A DNA stretch of 64,000 bases, from assembly GCA_963717185.1 (NCBI GenBank), contig CAVQVY010000024.1, positions 65,057 to 129,056 of the forward strand, written 5' to 3'. The translations under genes and the position numbers were made by a program. Within the stretch, counting starts at the first letter, position 1. Each line of letters begins with the position of its first letter. Source of the DNA: Candidatus Dormiibacterota bacterium. GTDB taxonomy: Bacteria > Chloroflexota > Dormibacteria > Aeolococcales > Aeolococcaceae. A model generated the notes under the pieces. The model did no database searches and was not told the DNA's origin. It saw only the letters and a list, made by a program, of their open reading frames with translations. Below, in pieces: positions 50,737 to 59,967 of this stretch.

Positions 50737-51525
50737 CTAGCGGCGGCGCGCCACCCACACCTCCTCGGCGGGCCAGCGCCTGGCCCACTCGACGGTGACA
50801 AACGGGTAGCGCGTCGTCGCGGACTCGCCTGGGCGCAGCTCGATGAGGTTCTCGACCTCGAAGCCCGAGCCCCGCAGCAGGCGTATCCAGTCCCCGTAGC
50901 CGAGGTGGAACTCGACGCCGTCGCTGTCCGGCCATTCGAAGCGGTGCATGCCGAAGTAGTCGCGCTTCAGGGTCGCGTCGGCCGGTCCATCGGCGTCGGT
51001 GTCGGGCACGGTGAGGTTGATCAGCGTGCCATTGCCGAGGAAGATCAGCCGGCCGCCTCTGCGCAGCAGGCGGGCAGCTTCGGGGATCCACCGATACGGG
51101 TCACACCAGATCGCCGCGCCGTACTCGCTGATGGCCAGGTCGAAGCTGGCGTCGGGCAACGGGACCGCTTCCGCGTTGCCGAAGATGAGTGGGAAGTGGA
51201 GGTCGTGTTCCTCCTGAAGGGCTCGCGCCGTGGCGAGCTGCGCCTGGGAGCCGTCGATGCCGACCACGCGCGCACCGCGGCGGGCCAGCCACGCCGACAC
51301 GTACGCGGTGCCGCAACCGAGCTCGATGACGTCGAGCCCGTCGACGTCTGGGAGGATGCCAGCGTCGCTGTCGGGGATGTGGAACACGCCCCAGTTTGGC
51401 TCTGACGACCAGTTGCGGCGGCCGTTCTGCACGTAGTCGGCAGCCATCGTGTCCCAGTAGGCACGGTTGCGCATCACGTGGTCATCGGGCGCGGCGGACA
51501 TCGGCCAACTGTACTGAGCGGTCAC
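50737..51525 (-). CDS. Class I SAM-dependent methyltransferase
   Basis: Motif I VIELGCGTAYVSAWLARRGARVVGID and the post-I acidic residue. Intact 262 aa. Confidence 0.85.
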   Translation of the reverse strand: MTAQYSWPMSAAPDDHVMRNRAYWDTMAADYVQNGRRNWSSEPNWGVFHIPDSDAGILPDVDGLDVIELGCGTAYVSAWLARRGARVVGIDGSQAQLATARALQEEHDLHFPLIFGNAEAVPLPDASFDLAISEYGAAIWCDPYRWIPEAARLLRRGGRLIFLGNGTLINLTVPDTDADGPADATLKRDYFGMHRFEWPDSDGVEFHLGYGDWIRLLRGSGFEVENLIELRPGESATTRYPFVTVEWARRWPAEEVWVARRR

Positions 51526-51592
51526 GCCGAGTGCGGGCGCTGTCCGTCGGCTGATCGGTGGGCGCGCAACGGAGACGAGAAGGGCCCTGAGC

Positions 51593-52213
51593 TTACTGCA
51601 CCTGGAACACCGCGACGTCCGCGAGCACCCGCCCCGCGTCCGGCGTGTTGGTGAGGTGGTGCTGCGAGAGGTCCTGCACTGCGACGTACCACGTTCCCCT
51701 GCTCATCGACGCCGGCAGCGTGACGATGCCCACAGCGACCCCGCGCGCGGTGGCGACCAGGTGCTCGGCGCGGTAGCCCGGGCCCTGCAGGATGAACAGC
51801 ACCGCGTGCGCTGGTGACAGCGCCAGCTGAGCCGCGGCGACGATGATGCGGGCGCCCGGCGTGAGTGTCGTGGTGGACACGAAGAGTGGGTGGAACAGCA
51901 CCGGCGACGGCTCGTTGATGACGGTGGCGGAGATCAGCGCGAGGGTGGCCTGCGCGGGCAACGCCGTCACGTGAACCTGCGAGACGGCGAAGTCCGGGGC
52001 CGGGGCGACCGCCAGGTCGGCGGGACCGGATGGCAACGCGGCGTTGGTCGACACGGAGAAACCGGGCGGCAGGTGCTGCTCGAGACTGCCCAGGCGCGGA
52101 TCGTGTGACGGCGCACGAGACGGGGTTGGCGACGCCGGTGACGAGCTGCAGGACGCCAGCGCGAGTGCCATCGCCATTGGTATCAGGGCGCCAGCGACAC
52201 GGCTTCGGGTCAT
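51593..52213 (-). CDS. Lipoprotein of unknown function
   Basis: Lipobox MTRSRVAGALIPMAMALALASC. ATG 52213 overlaps the upstream gene's stop (ATGA). Confidence 0.6.
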   Translation of the reverse strand: MTRSRVAGALIPMAMALALASCSSSPASPTPSRAPSHDPRLGSLEQHLPPGFSVSTNAALPSGPADLAVAPAPDFAVSQVHVTALPAQATLALISATVINEPSPVLFHPLFVSTTTLTPGARIIVAAAQLALSPAHAVLFILQGPGYRAEHLVATARGVAVGIVTLPASMSRGTWYVAVQDLSQHHLTNTPDAGRVLADVAVFQVQ

Positions 52214-53966
52214 GCGGCCGCGCACACGCCGTCCGCGATGGGATCTTCTGGTCCAAGGCCGACGATCTCAGCGACGAGACATGTGATGATCTTGCCGCCG
52301 CCCGCGTCTCCCGCCACCGACTCCGCCTCCAGCGCGTCCGCGGCACCGCCGGGAACCTCGTACGGCGTCACCTTGAACCTGGTGAGCTCGGCGGCGTCTG
52401 CGCTACCCGCCTGGATGCCGCTGAGCCACGTGTCGAAGGCCGACTGCAGCACCGACCGGATGTTGGGAACATCAGCCGCCAACCGTCCCTCGATCTGTGC
52501 CTGCGACATGCCGAAGAAGCCCTCACCCTCGGCCGCGCCGGCGTCGGCGATGTCGGCCTCGGCAGTGTCGGCCACGTCCTGTGCCGCGGCCCTCTCACCG
52601 GCGGCCGGGTCGGCGCTGTTCTCCTCGGCGATGTCCTTGGCGACCTCGTCCTCGAGGGTCTGCTTGGAGACCTGCAGCTCGAGGGCCAGCGTCGGGCCCA
52701 CCTCGGCGCTGAGCAGGTCGCTGCCCTGGACGGCGAGCTTGACGAAGCTCTTCACCGAGGCGAAGTCGAGCTCCATCAGGGTGAGCTGGGCGCCCAGCCT
52801 CTTGGTGGCGAGCGAGTAGTCGACCCCGACGTCCGCCTTGACGCTGAACTGGGGGATCCACGTGGTCGTCCGGTGCTGGTCGGGGGGCACGTTCTCGGCG
52901 TTCCACGCGGTGTCGTCCACCGAGTACGTCCAGGGGCCGGCGGTGGCGTCGCCACCCGTCTTGAGGCTGAGCGTCGAGGCGAACGACAGGTTGCCGTTGT
53001 CCCACGGGTTCGCCTCGGTCAGGTGCAGGTTGCGGAACGCAGTCGTGAGGCAGACGGTGGCGGCGCCCACGTCGAGCGTGGGGGTCAGCGTGGCGGACAG
53101 ACCCCAGCGCAGAGCGACCTCGGCGGGAAGCGGAAACTGGGGATCTTCTTCGCGGCCTTCTCCAGCGCGGTGTTGAAGTCTTCCAGCCAGCTCGGTGAGA
53201 TGGACCCGCTGAGGCTGGTCATGCAACTCGCGGTGCCCTCGTCACCGCCCTGGTGACCGCACCCCGCAGTGCTGCAGGTGGTCTGGCCGGCCGGGGTGAA
53301 TGCCACGGCTGCGCGGTCGAACCTCCAGGCGGTGACCACGTCGGGGCTGGCGACACACGATGGCACGCAGGTGCGCACGGTCTCGAACAACGTGTCGGCG
53401 ACGACGACGGGATCGGTCACCTGGCTAGACGAGCCGGTCGAGCTGGTGAACGGCTGCGGGAACCAGTGTCCCGACACGTCGCTGACCACGGAGCCGCCCA
53501 GCGCGTCCGCGTACGCGAACTGCACGAGGAAGTCCGTGGCCCCGGTGAGTTGCACCTGGGTGACCTGACACGTGCAGCTCACGGCGCCGAGAGCCCTGTC
53601 CACCACGTCCACCGTGGCGATGTCCTGCCAGGGGTGTGCCGGTTCGGGAAGCGAGAGGATCTCGGCAGTGACACCGACGTTGTTGCCGGACGAGTTCCTC
53701 GCGGTGGCGTGAGCGACCAGTGCCACCGGGCCGGCGGAGGTGAAAGCGATCCCCGAGTTGACCGCCGTGTCACCGAACGCCGCCGTCGCTGTCTGCAGCG
53801 ACTGCACATCTCGTGGTGCGACGTCTGGGTTGACCGGAGTCGCCGCACTCGCCGGCAGCGCCGCGAGCGCGGTGACCGCAACCAGCGCCGCGGCAACCAG
53901 CAATGCCCCGACCCGCACGCGATGGCCGCCGACCCTGCGATCAGGCCTGTGCCTCCGGTCAAGCAT
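52210..53966 (-). pseudogene. Large secreted protein of unknown function (about 585 aa), one frameshift
   Basis: Signal peptide MLDRRHRPDRRVGGHRVRVGALLVAAALVAVTALAALPASA. ORFs 53085-54017 and 52210-53226 rejoin as ...LEKAAKKIPQFPLPAEVALRWG... if the G4 run at 53139-53142 is read as G5. Acidic Ala/Asp/Glu-rich central segment. Confidence 0.55.
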
Positions 53967-53982
53967 CGACGGTCCACAGAGC

Positions 53983-54061
53983 TGGTACCCCCGGCAGGAC
54001 TCGAACCTGCGACTCACAGAGTTTAGGAAACTCCGGCTCTATCCAACTGAGCTACGGGGGC
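53983..54061 (-). tRNA. tRNA-Arg (anticodon CCT), CCA encoded
   Basis: The minus strand reads GCCCCCGTAGCTCAGTTGGATAGAGCCGGAGTTTCCTAAACTCTGTGAGTCGCAGGTTCGAGTCCTGCCGGGGGTACCA. Acceptor, D, anticodon (loop TTCCTAA) and T arms (GGTTCGAGTCC) all fold. The variable region is unusually long (7 nt) and position 1:72 is a G-U pair. Confidence 0.85.
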
Positions 54062-54157
54062 CGGCAGCGACATTGTCCCTCGGCGCGCGCGACGCGGGGT
54101 CGGCTGCGGTTCTTGTCCTCCGGCTGTCCCTGTTGGGTGATTAGCGTGCGGTCAGCC

Positions 54158-55920
54158 GTGAACGACAGAGCGGTGCCGCGCGCCGGTCGAGGCGCGGTGA
54201 CCTGCTGCTGCTCGCTACGCTGCTGGTCGCGTGGTTGCTGCCGTGGTCGTTGCTCACCGGGGCGGCAATCGTCTCGGGCGGACACCCCGTCGTCTCGCCG
54301 CTCGACTTCATCAACCCCGTCCGGCTGGTGACGCTGTACCACGCCGATGGCAACGCGATCGTCTGGTGGCACCTCGTCGGCGCGGCAGCGCCTGCGCATG
54401 TCTGGCTCTTCGTCGGCTTCATCGCCGCGGCTGTGCTGGTGATGACTCTCGCCGTCGTCGGCGGGCTGCTGGCGTGGGCCGGCGGCATACCGGGAGTCGG
54501 CGCCACCCGGCTGCTCGTGCCGGGCAGGCTCCAACGCACGCTCGCGATGGGCGACATGGCGCGACCTGCGCGCGCTGCAGGTCCGGCATCCCCGCCCCGG
54601 CGCGATGGTGCTCGGCCGGCGCGGCGCACACCTCATCGCCACCCAGCCGGAGACGTCGGTGCTGGTGATCGGCCCCACGCGAAGCGGCAAGACCTCCGGG
54701 TTGGTGGTGCCCAACCTCCTCGAGTGGCAGGGCCCCGCGATCGTCACCTCGACGAAGAGCGAGCTGGTCGACCTGACCGCGTCACACCGCCGCTCCGCTC
54801 GGGCCCGTGTCGGTGTACGACCCGACCGGCGAGGTCGGCGAGCGGGGCGACACGGTGACGTGGTCACCGCTGGCGGGTGCGCGTGCCCTCGACGTCGCCT
54901 GGACGTGGCGACATGGCTGTGCGCCGGGCTGCAGCAGGGAGGCGCACGCGGCGACAACGACTGGGCTCACTGGGCGGAGTCCGGGAAGCTGCTGATCGCG
55001 CCCCTGCTGTACACCGCAGCCGTCATGCGACCGCACCATCCTCGACGTGCGCGACTGGATCCACGGCTTCGACCTCGACACGCCGATGGCGCTGCTGCAG
55101 CAGCTCGTCCGTGGCGCAGCCCGGGCGCGACGCCGACCCGGCGCGCGCGATCGCCATGCTCACCTCCGTCGACCAGCGACCGGAGAAGGAGCGGGGCACC
55201 GTCTTCTCGACGGTGATGCGCATCTTCAGCGTGTTCAACGAGCGTGCGGTGGCGGCGTCGGCGGCGACGTCGCGCTTCGACCCGGACCGCTTCCTGCGCG
55301 AGCGTGGCACGCTCTACCTCTGCACCCCTCGTCAGTCGCCGGAGCGCATCGCGTCATTGTTCGTGGGCATCCTCATGACAGTGGTGACGCGCGCCTACGC
55401 GCAGGCGTCTCGCCAGCCGCGCGGCCGGCTCGCAGCCCGAGCTGGGTCTCTTCCTGGACGAGCTTGCCAACGTCGTGCCCATCGAGGAGCTGCCCGCGCT
55501 GGCCTCGCAGGGTGCGGGGCGCGGCGTCGTGCTGATGTCGATCATCCAGGACTTCTCACAGCTGCGCGCGCGCTACGGCGCCGACCGCGCCAACTCCATC
55601 CTCAACAACCACGGCTGCAAGGTGGTGCTGCCGGGCATCAGCGACCCCGAGACCAGCCGATGTCGTCGCCAGGCTGGTGGGGCGCGGCGTGTACACGGAC
55701 GTCCAGGTCAGCCACAACGACGGCCGCGCGTCGCGCTCCTACACCGCTGCGCCAGGACCAGATGGCCTCGCCGGACGCGCTGCGCCAGCTGCAGGACGGT
55801 ACCGGCGTGGTGCTGTACAGGGGCAAACCGCCGACCATCGTGCGCCTGCGCCCGTGGTACGCGGAACGGCGGCTCAGCGACATGGTGCTCGGCGACGCGG
55901 CGCCCGCGGCGCAGCCCTGC
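54158..55920 (+). pseudogene. Type IV secretion coupling protein (VirD4/TraG/TraD family), at least nine frame breaks
   Basis: TM N-terminus (LLLLATLLVAWLLPW...), Walker A VLVIGPTRSGKTSGLVVPN, LFLDELANVVPIEELPALASQGAGRGVVLMSIIQDFSQL and NNHGCKVVLPGISDPETS are spread over all three forward frames (ORFs 54235, 54605, 54807, 54877, 55047, 55475, 55677). The 3' end is approximate. Confidence 0.75.
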
Positions 55921-56305
55921 CGGTCAGCTCCAGTCGACCGGGGGCCGCGCCGGCTGCACGGAAGGCCTGAGCTCGGCTCACGAAGTCGCGCATCCGCACC
56001 ACGCGACCGTCGCGCACGGTGTGGACGATGAACAGCGGGTCACCGAGCTCGGCCCATGGGGCGTCGCGGAAGCGTGGGCCGGCGATGCCGACGATCACAG
56101 AGTCGCCGGCGGCAACGAGCTCGAGGTGATCGACGCCGTCGTCGCGCTGAAAGCTGCGGCGAACGTTGTGCAGCACCTCGTCGCGGTTGTGACAGACGAG
56201 CTCCTCGGTCACCCCCTCGTGGACGACCGCGGCGTCGAGCAGGCCGGTGACGGCGTCGATGTCATGGCGCCGCCGCGCGTCGAACAGCGCGAACACCACC
56301 TCCAT
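55874..56305 (-). CDS. SnoaL-like / NTF2-fold protein
   Basis: MEVVFALFDARRRHDIDAVTGLLD...HLELVAAGDSVIV...LFIVHTVRDGRVVRMRDF is a SnoaL-type pattern. The C-terminus is uncertain: reading the C5 run near 55939-55943 as C4 gives ...AAGAAPVDWS with a stop at 55924. Confidence 0.55.
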   Translation of the reverse strand: MEVVFALFDARRRHDIDAVTGLLDAAVVHEGVTEELVCHNRDEVLHNVRRSFQRDDGVDHLELVAAGDSVIVGIAGPRFRDAPWAELGDPLFIVHTVRDGRVVRMRDFVSRAQAFRAAGAAPGRLELTGRAAPRAPRRRAPCR

Positions 56306-56365
56306 CGGGTCGGTGGCAGGGGTGTCGTGGCCGGCAGTGGCGTGGCCACGGCCCGAGCGGCAGGG

Positions 56366-57577
56366 TCAGAGCGAGCGGTAGTCCGCGGCAGCGATCTTCA
56401 TCTCCGCGACCATGGCGTCGACGGTCGAGGGCATGACCCCGCGGATGCTCATCGAGCGGATCTCCTCGAGAACGGAGTTGAGCGTGCGCTGGTCGCGGGC
56501 AGCGTCGTCGAGGATGGTCTCGACGCGGGACGCCGACAGCTGCAGACGGCGCTTGGCGATGGCGCGGAGGTCGCCGAGCATCTCCGCAGACGGTGGGTCG
56601 GGCCGCGGTCGACGCCGTCCGCCCGGCGACCTGTTTGGCGGTGCTGCCGGCGACGTCCGGCTCCTCGCGCCACGGCGTCTGCCAGGGAGCCACCCAGGTG
56701 AGGTCCGGAAGGGCGTCGTCCACCGAACGGCTGGCGGGCGGTCATCCGCGGTCGACGGCGCTGACTCCGGGTCCTTCTCCTCGTCTCGCGACCTCTCCGG
56801 TGCCGGCGACGAGTACTCGCGCGCGGCGGGTGCGCTCGAGCGCGGTTCGCTCCGCGCCGAGCCGTTGCCTGATCCCCGCTCGCCAGCGGCTCCGCCGCGG
56901 TGGGTCGGGGCCGGCGAGCGGGCGCCGGCGGGGCCCACCGCCGCCGGCTGCACGCCCGAGGCCATCGCGGTGGCCGCGAAGGACGCCGCGTTGAGGCGGC
57001 GCACCCGGATGCTGCCATCGCGGTTGGCTGCCATCGCCTCGAGAAGAGCGGGGTCACCGAGCGCCGGGTGGATGTCCGTGTATGACAGGGCCTGCTGGCC
57101 GACGGCCACGCAGGTCACCCCGCGCCCCGACGGGGTGAAGATCTCCACCGCGTAGGCACCACCCCGGCGACTGAAGTCGGCCAGGAGGTTGGGCCACTCC
57201 ACCCAGTCGAGGCGGAGGTCGCTGTAGATGATCTCGCCCCGCAACAGCGCCTCGCACACGTCGACCAGCACCGGCTCGAGGCGATGGGCGGTGACCACCG
57301 CCTCGGTCCAACCCTGGACGTCGACGAGCACGCCCTCGCCGGTGCGCGCGGAGGCACCGCTGAATGCGTGCACCTCGACGAGCACGCCGTCGCGGACCAG
57401 CACCACCGCGCCGCGGTCGCGGTCGCGGACCACCAGGCAGCCGTGCGAGAGGGTGGGCGCGAGAGCCTCCATGACAACAGCCTTGAGCGGGATGGCGTCG
57501 AAGAGCACCTCCCCGCGCGGAAGCAGCGGGATGGGATCGGCGATGCGGGACGTCTGGTGACTCGGCTGATCGCTCAT
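56366..57577 (-). CDS. Hypothetical protein (403 aa): two similar N-terminal modules, low-complexity linker, helical C-terminus
   Basis: Start set at ATG 57577; the ORF-track N-terminal extension is antisense to the CBS gene. The two N-terminal modules loosely resemble DUF4388/PATAN-type units (very tentative). The Pro/Arg/Ser linker could hide undetected frame errors. Confidence 0.45.
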   Translation of the reverse strand: MSDQPSHQTSRIADPIPLLPRGEVLFDAIPLKAVVMEALAPTLSHGCLVVRDRDRGAVVLVRDGVLVEVHAFSGASARTGEGVLVDVQGWTEAVVTAHRLEPVLVDVCEALLRGEIIYSDLRLDWVEWPNLLADFSRRGGAYAVEIFTPSGRGVTCVAVGQQALSYTDIHPALGDPALLEAMAANRDGSIRVRRLNAASFAATAMASGVQPAAVGPAGARSPAPTHRGGAAGERGSGNGSARSEPRSSAPAAREYSSPAPERSRDEEKDPESAPSTADDRPPAVRWTTPFRTSPGWLPGRRRGARSRTSPAAPPNRSPGGRRRPRPDPPSAEMLGDLRAIAKRRLQLSASRVETILDDAARDQRTLNSVLEEIRSMSIRGVMPSTVDAMVAEMKIAAADYRSL

Positions 57578-57772
57578 GCGCGTCTTCCTGAAAACTGCCG
57601 ACTGTCTGGGCCGTAGGGTACGGCGCGACGCGGGGGGGACGTCGGGCGCGGCATGGTGGGCACCGCCCCCCGAACCGAGCCCGGTATGCAGGTGCGGTGG
57701 GCCCGCGACGTCCCGAGCCAGGGCCGCGTGGTGAGGGCCCGGGTGCCGTCCTCCGACTACACTCAACGAGAG

Positions 57773-58270
57773 ATGAGCGACGCGCAGGCACGTGGCAGTG
57801 ATCCCGCAGCGATCACCGTCGCCGACGTCATGGTCGCCAACGTGCTGGTGGTGCACTCCGGCGACAGCATCGACGATGCCGTGGCATTGATCGTCGACAG
57901 CCGCATCACCGGGGTGCCCGTGGTCGACGACGATCACCACATCCTCGGCATCGTCGCGGAGTTCGACGTCCTCGGCAAGCCGGGACGCACGGTCGACGAG
58001 GTGATGACCCGCGACGTCATCACCACCGACGAGAGCACCACGCTCGACAAGGCCGCGGAGATCATGCTGACACGGAGGATCCGCCGCCTGCCCGTGGCTC
58101 GCGACGGCAGGCTGGTCGGCATCCTGACGCGCGCCGACCTGCTGCGCCACGTGCGTCACACCCACTGGACGTGCGACTGGTGCGCCACCAACGTGATCGG
58201 GCTGCGCCGGCCCAACGCGTGCCCGCAGTGCGGTGGCGAGTCCTGGACCTTCGAGGTGGTCCCGCGCTGA
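57773..58270 (+). CDS. CBS-pair protein with C-terminal CxxC...CxxC zinc ribbon
   Basis: Two CBS motifs (VADVMVANVLVV...ITGVPVVDDDHHILGIV; VDEVMTRDVITT...IRRLPVARDGRLVGILT) followed by WTCDWC...NACPQCGG. A TACACT box lies 9 nt upstream of the ATG. Confidence 0.8.
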   Translation: MSDAQARGSDPAAITVADVMVANVLVVHSGDSIDDAVALIVDSRITGVPVVDDDHHILGIVAEFDVLGKPGRTVDEVMTRDVITTDESTTLDKAAEIMLTRRIRRLPVARDGRLVGILTRADLLRHVRHTHWTCDWCATNVIGLRRPNACPQCGGESWTFEVVPR

Positions 58271-59427
58271 TGGCCGCGACCCAGACGACGCCCAAGCGCG
58301 CGGCTCCGCCGACGCCCAAGGGCGGCCTCGAGGGGATCGTCGCCGGGCGCAGCGCTCTCTGCGACATCGACGGGCGCACCGGCCGGCTGCTGTATGCCGG
58401 CTACGACATCGTCGACCTGGCCAAGAACTCCAGCTTCGAGGAGACCTGCTGGCTGCTCTGGCATGGAGAACTGCCCGCCGCGCCGGAGCTGGCGGCACTC
58501 CGAGCGGAGCTCGGGCAGAACCTCGAGCCGCGCGCGGCGGTGTGGGACATCGCCGCCGATGCGCCGGCCACCGCCGACCGCATGGACCTGCTCCGAACCC
58601 AGGTTTCGTTGATCGGGATGTCGGACCCCGACGTCGCCGCCAACAGCGACGAGGCCAACCGGGCCAAGGCGACGCGCCTGGTCGCCCAGGCGCCAGCGCT
58701 CATCGCCACCAGCGAGCGCATCAGCACCGGCGTCGCGCCCGCCGACGTCAACCCGGAGCGCAGCATCGCCTGGAACTTCCTGCACCTCCTCCACGGTGAC
58801 GAGCCCGACCCGGTGGACGTGCGCGCCTTCGACATCTGCCTCATACTTCATGCCGAACATGGCATGAACGCGTCGACGTTCGCCGCACGCGTGACCGCCG
58901 CGACGCTCAGCGACATGCACTCGGCGGTGGTCAGCGCGATCGGCACGCTCAAGGGTCCCTTGCACGGTGGCGCCAACGAGCGGGTGATGGAGCTGCTCCG
59001 CGACCTGCCCGACGTCGCCGGCACACGCGCGCACGTCGAGGCGATGCTCGCCGCCAAGCAGCGCATCATGGGCTTCGGTCACCGTGTCTACCGCACCGAG
59101 GATCCGCGCGCCACCATCCTGCGGGAGTACAGCCGAGAGCTGGGAGAGAGCCACGGCGAGAGCCGCTGGTACGAGCTGACCATCGCGGTCGAGCAGGCGG
59201 TGCACGAGATGAAGGGCCTGTATCCCAACGTGGACCTGTACTCCGGTTCGGTGTACACCTCGCTGGGGATACCTCAGCGACTGTTCACGCCGATCTTCGC
59301 GATGTCGCGCATGGCCGGGTGGACCGCGAACATCATGGAGCAGCACCGCGACAACCGGCTGATCCGTCCCGACAGCGAGTACGTCGGGCCCGCTCCGCGC
59401 GACTACGTGCCGATCGCCGCGCGCTGA
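58270..59427 (+). CDS. Citrate synthase (about 385-aa type)
   Basis: LHAEHGMNASTFAARV, GPLHGGANE, GFGHRVYRTEDPRA and NVDLYSG motifs. The ATG overlaps the CBS gene stop by 1 nt (TGATG). Confidence 0.9.
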   Translation: MAATQTTPKRAAPPTPKGGLEGIVAGRSALCDIDGRTGRLLYAGYDIVDLAKNSSFEETCWLLWHGELPAAPELAALRAELGQNLEPRAAVWDIAADAPATADRMDLLRTQVSLIGMSDPDVAANSDEANRAKATRLVAQAPALIATSERISTGVAPADVNPERSIAWNFLHLLHGDEPDPVDVRAFDICLILHAEHGMNASTFAARVTAATLSDMHSAVVSAIGTLKGPLHGGANERVMELLRDLPDVAGTRAHVEAMLAAKQRIMGFGHRVYRTEDPRATILREYSRELGESHGESRWYELTIAVEQAVHEMKGLYPNVDLYSGSVYTSLGIPQRLFTPIFAMSRMAGWTANIMEQHRDNRLIRPDSEYVGPAPRDYVPIAAR

Positions 59428-59967
59428 TCAGCGCGCTGGACACCCTCGTCGCGACGACGCGACCCACAGGCGCAGGGTGCGCGTCTCGCCCTTGACGTCC
59501 AGGTCGATGGTGCCGGTGACGTGGAAGCCGCAGCCGCCGGCCACCTTCTCCGACGCGACGTTGCCCGGCAGCGTGGCCAGCTCGAGCTCCTCGATGCCGC
59601 ACTCCGAGAAGGCCCAGTCGCACAGCATCGAGACAGCGCGCCGGCCGACGCCACGCCCGCGCGCAGGCTCGAGCAGCCAGTAGCCCACCTCAGCGCGGTC
59701 GCGCTGGTTGATCCAGATCGTCACCAGCCCGGCCGGTGAGAGGTCGGGGAGGCACACCTGGAGGCGGACCACCCTGCTGCTGCTCGCCCACCCTGCCACC
59801 ACCAGCCCGGCGTCGAGCAGCGTCATCGCCGCCGGCACCTGGGTCCACCGGGTGATCTCGTTGTCATTCGACGCGACCACGAGCAGGGCGGGGACGTCGG
59901 CGTCCAGTGGGAGCAGCGTCACCTCACCGTCGCGCAGCATCGACGGCGCGGCAAGCGCCCCGGTCAC
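59428..59967 (-). CDS. GNAT family N-acetyltransferase (RimJ/RimL-like)
   Basis: GYWLLEPARGRGVGRRAVSMLCDWAF acetyl-CoA-binding motif. The GTG start overlaps the upstream gene's stop (GTGA). Confidence 0.8.
   Translation of the reverse strand: MTGALAAPSMLRDGEVTLLPLDADVPALLVVASNDNEITRWTQVPAAMTLLDAGLVVAGWASSSRVVRLQVCLPDLSPAGLVTIWINQRDRAEVGYWLLEPARGRGVGRRAVSMLCDWAFSECGIEELELATLPGNVASEKVAGGCGFHVTGTIDLDVKGETRTLRLWVASSRRGCPAR

Noticed and set aside
53900-54160. An integrase gene or att direct repeat flanking tRNA-Arg, which would define an integrated element.
   Set aside because: No tyrosine or serine recombinase motifs appear in any frame within several kb on either side. I could not spot a second copy of the tRNA 3' half in the window. 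Element boundaries therefore remain undefined.
55475-56701. A 408-aa plus-strand ORF that appears to extend the coupling-protein fragment for another 0.8 kb.
   Set aside because: Only its first 60 codons or so carry coupling-protein sequence (EELPALASQGAGRGVVLMSIIQDF...). The remainder is antisense to the SnoaL-like gene and the 403-aa hypothetical gene, and it is compositionally non-coding.
57578-58498. An N-terminal extension of ORF 56366-58498 that would make a 710-aa protein.
   Set aside because: The extension is antisense to the CBS-pair gene and the start of citrate synthase. It is Arg/Pro/Ala low complexity. A plausible ATG at 57577 begins the conserved-looking part.
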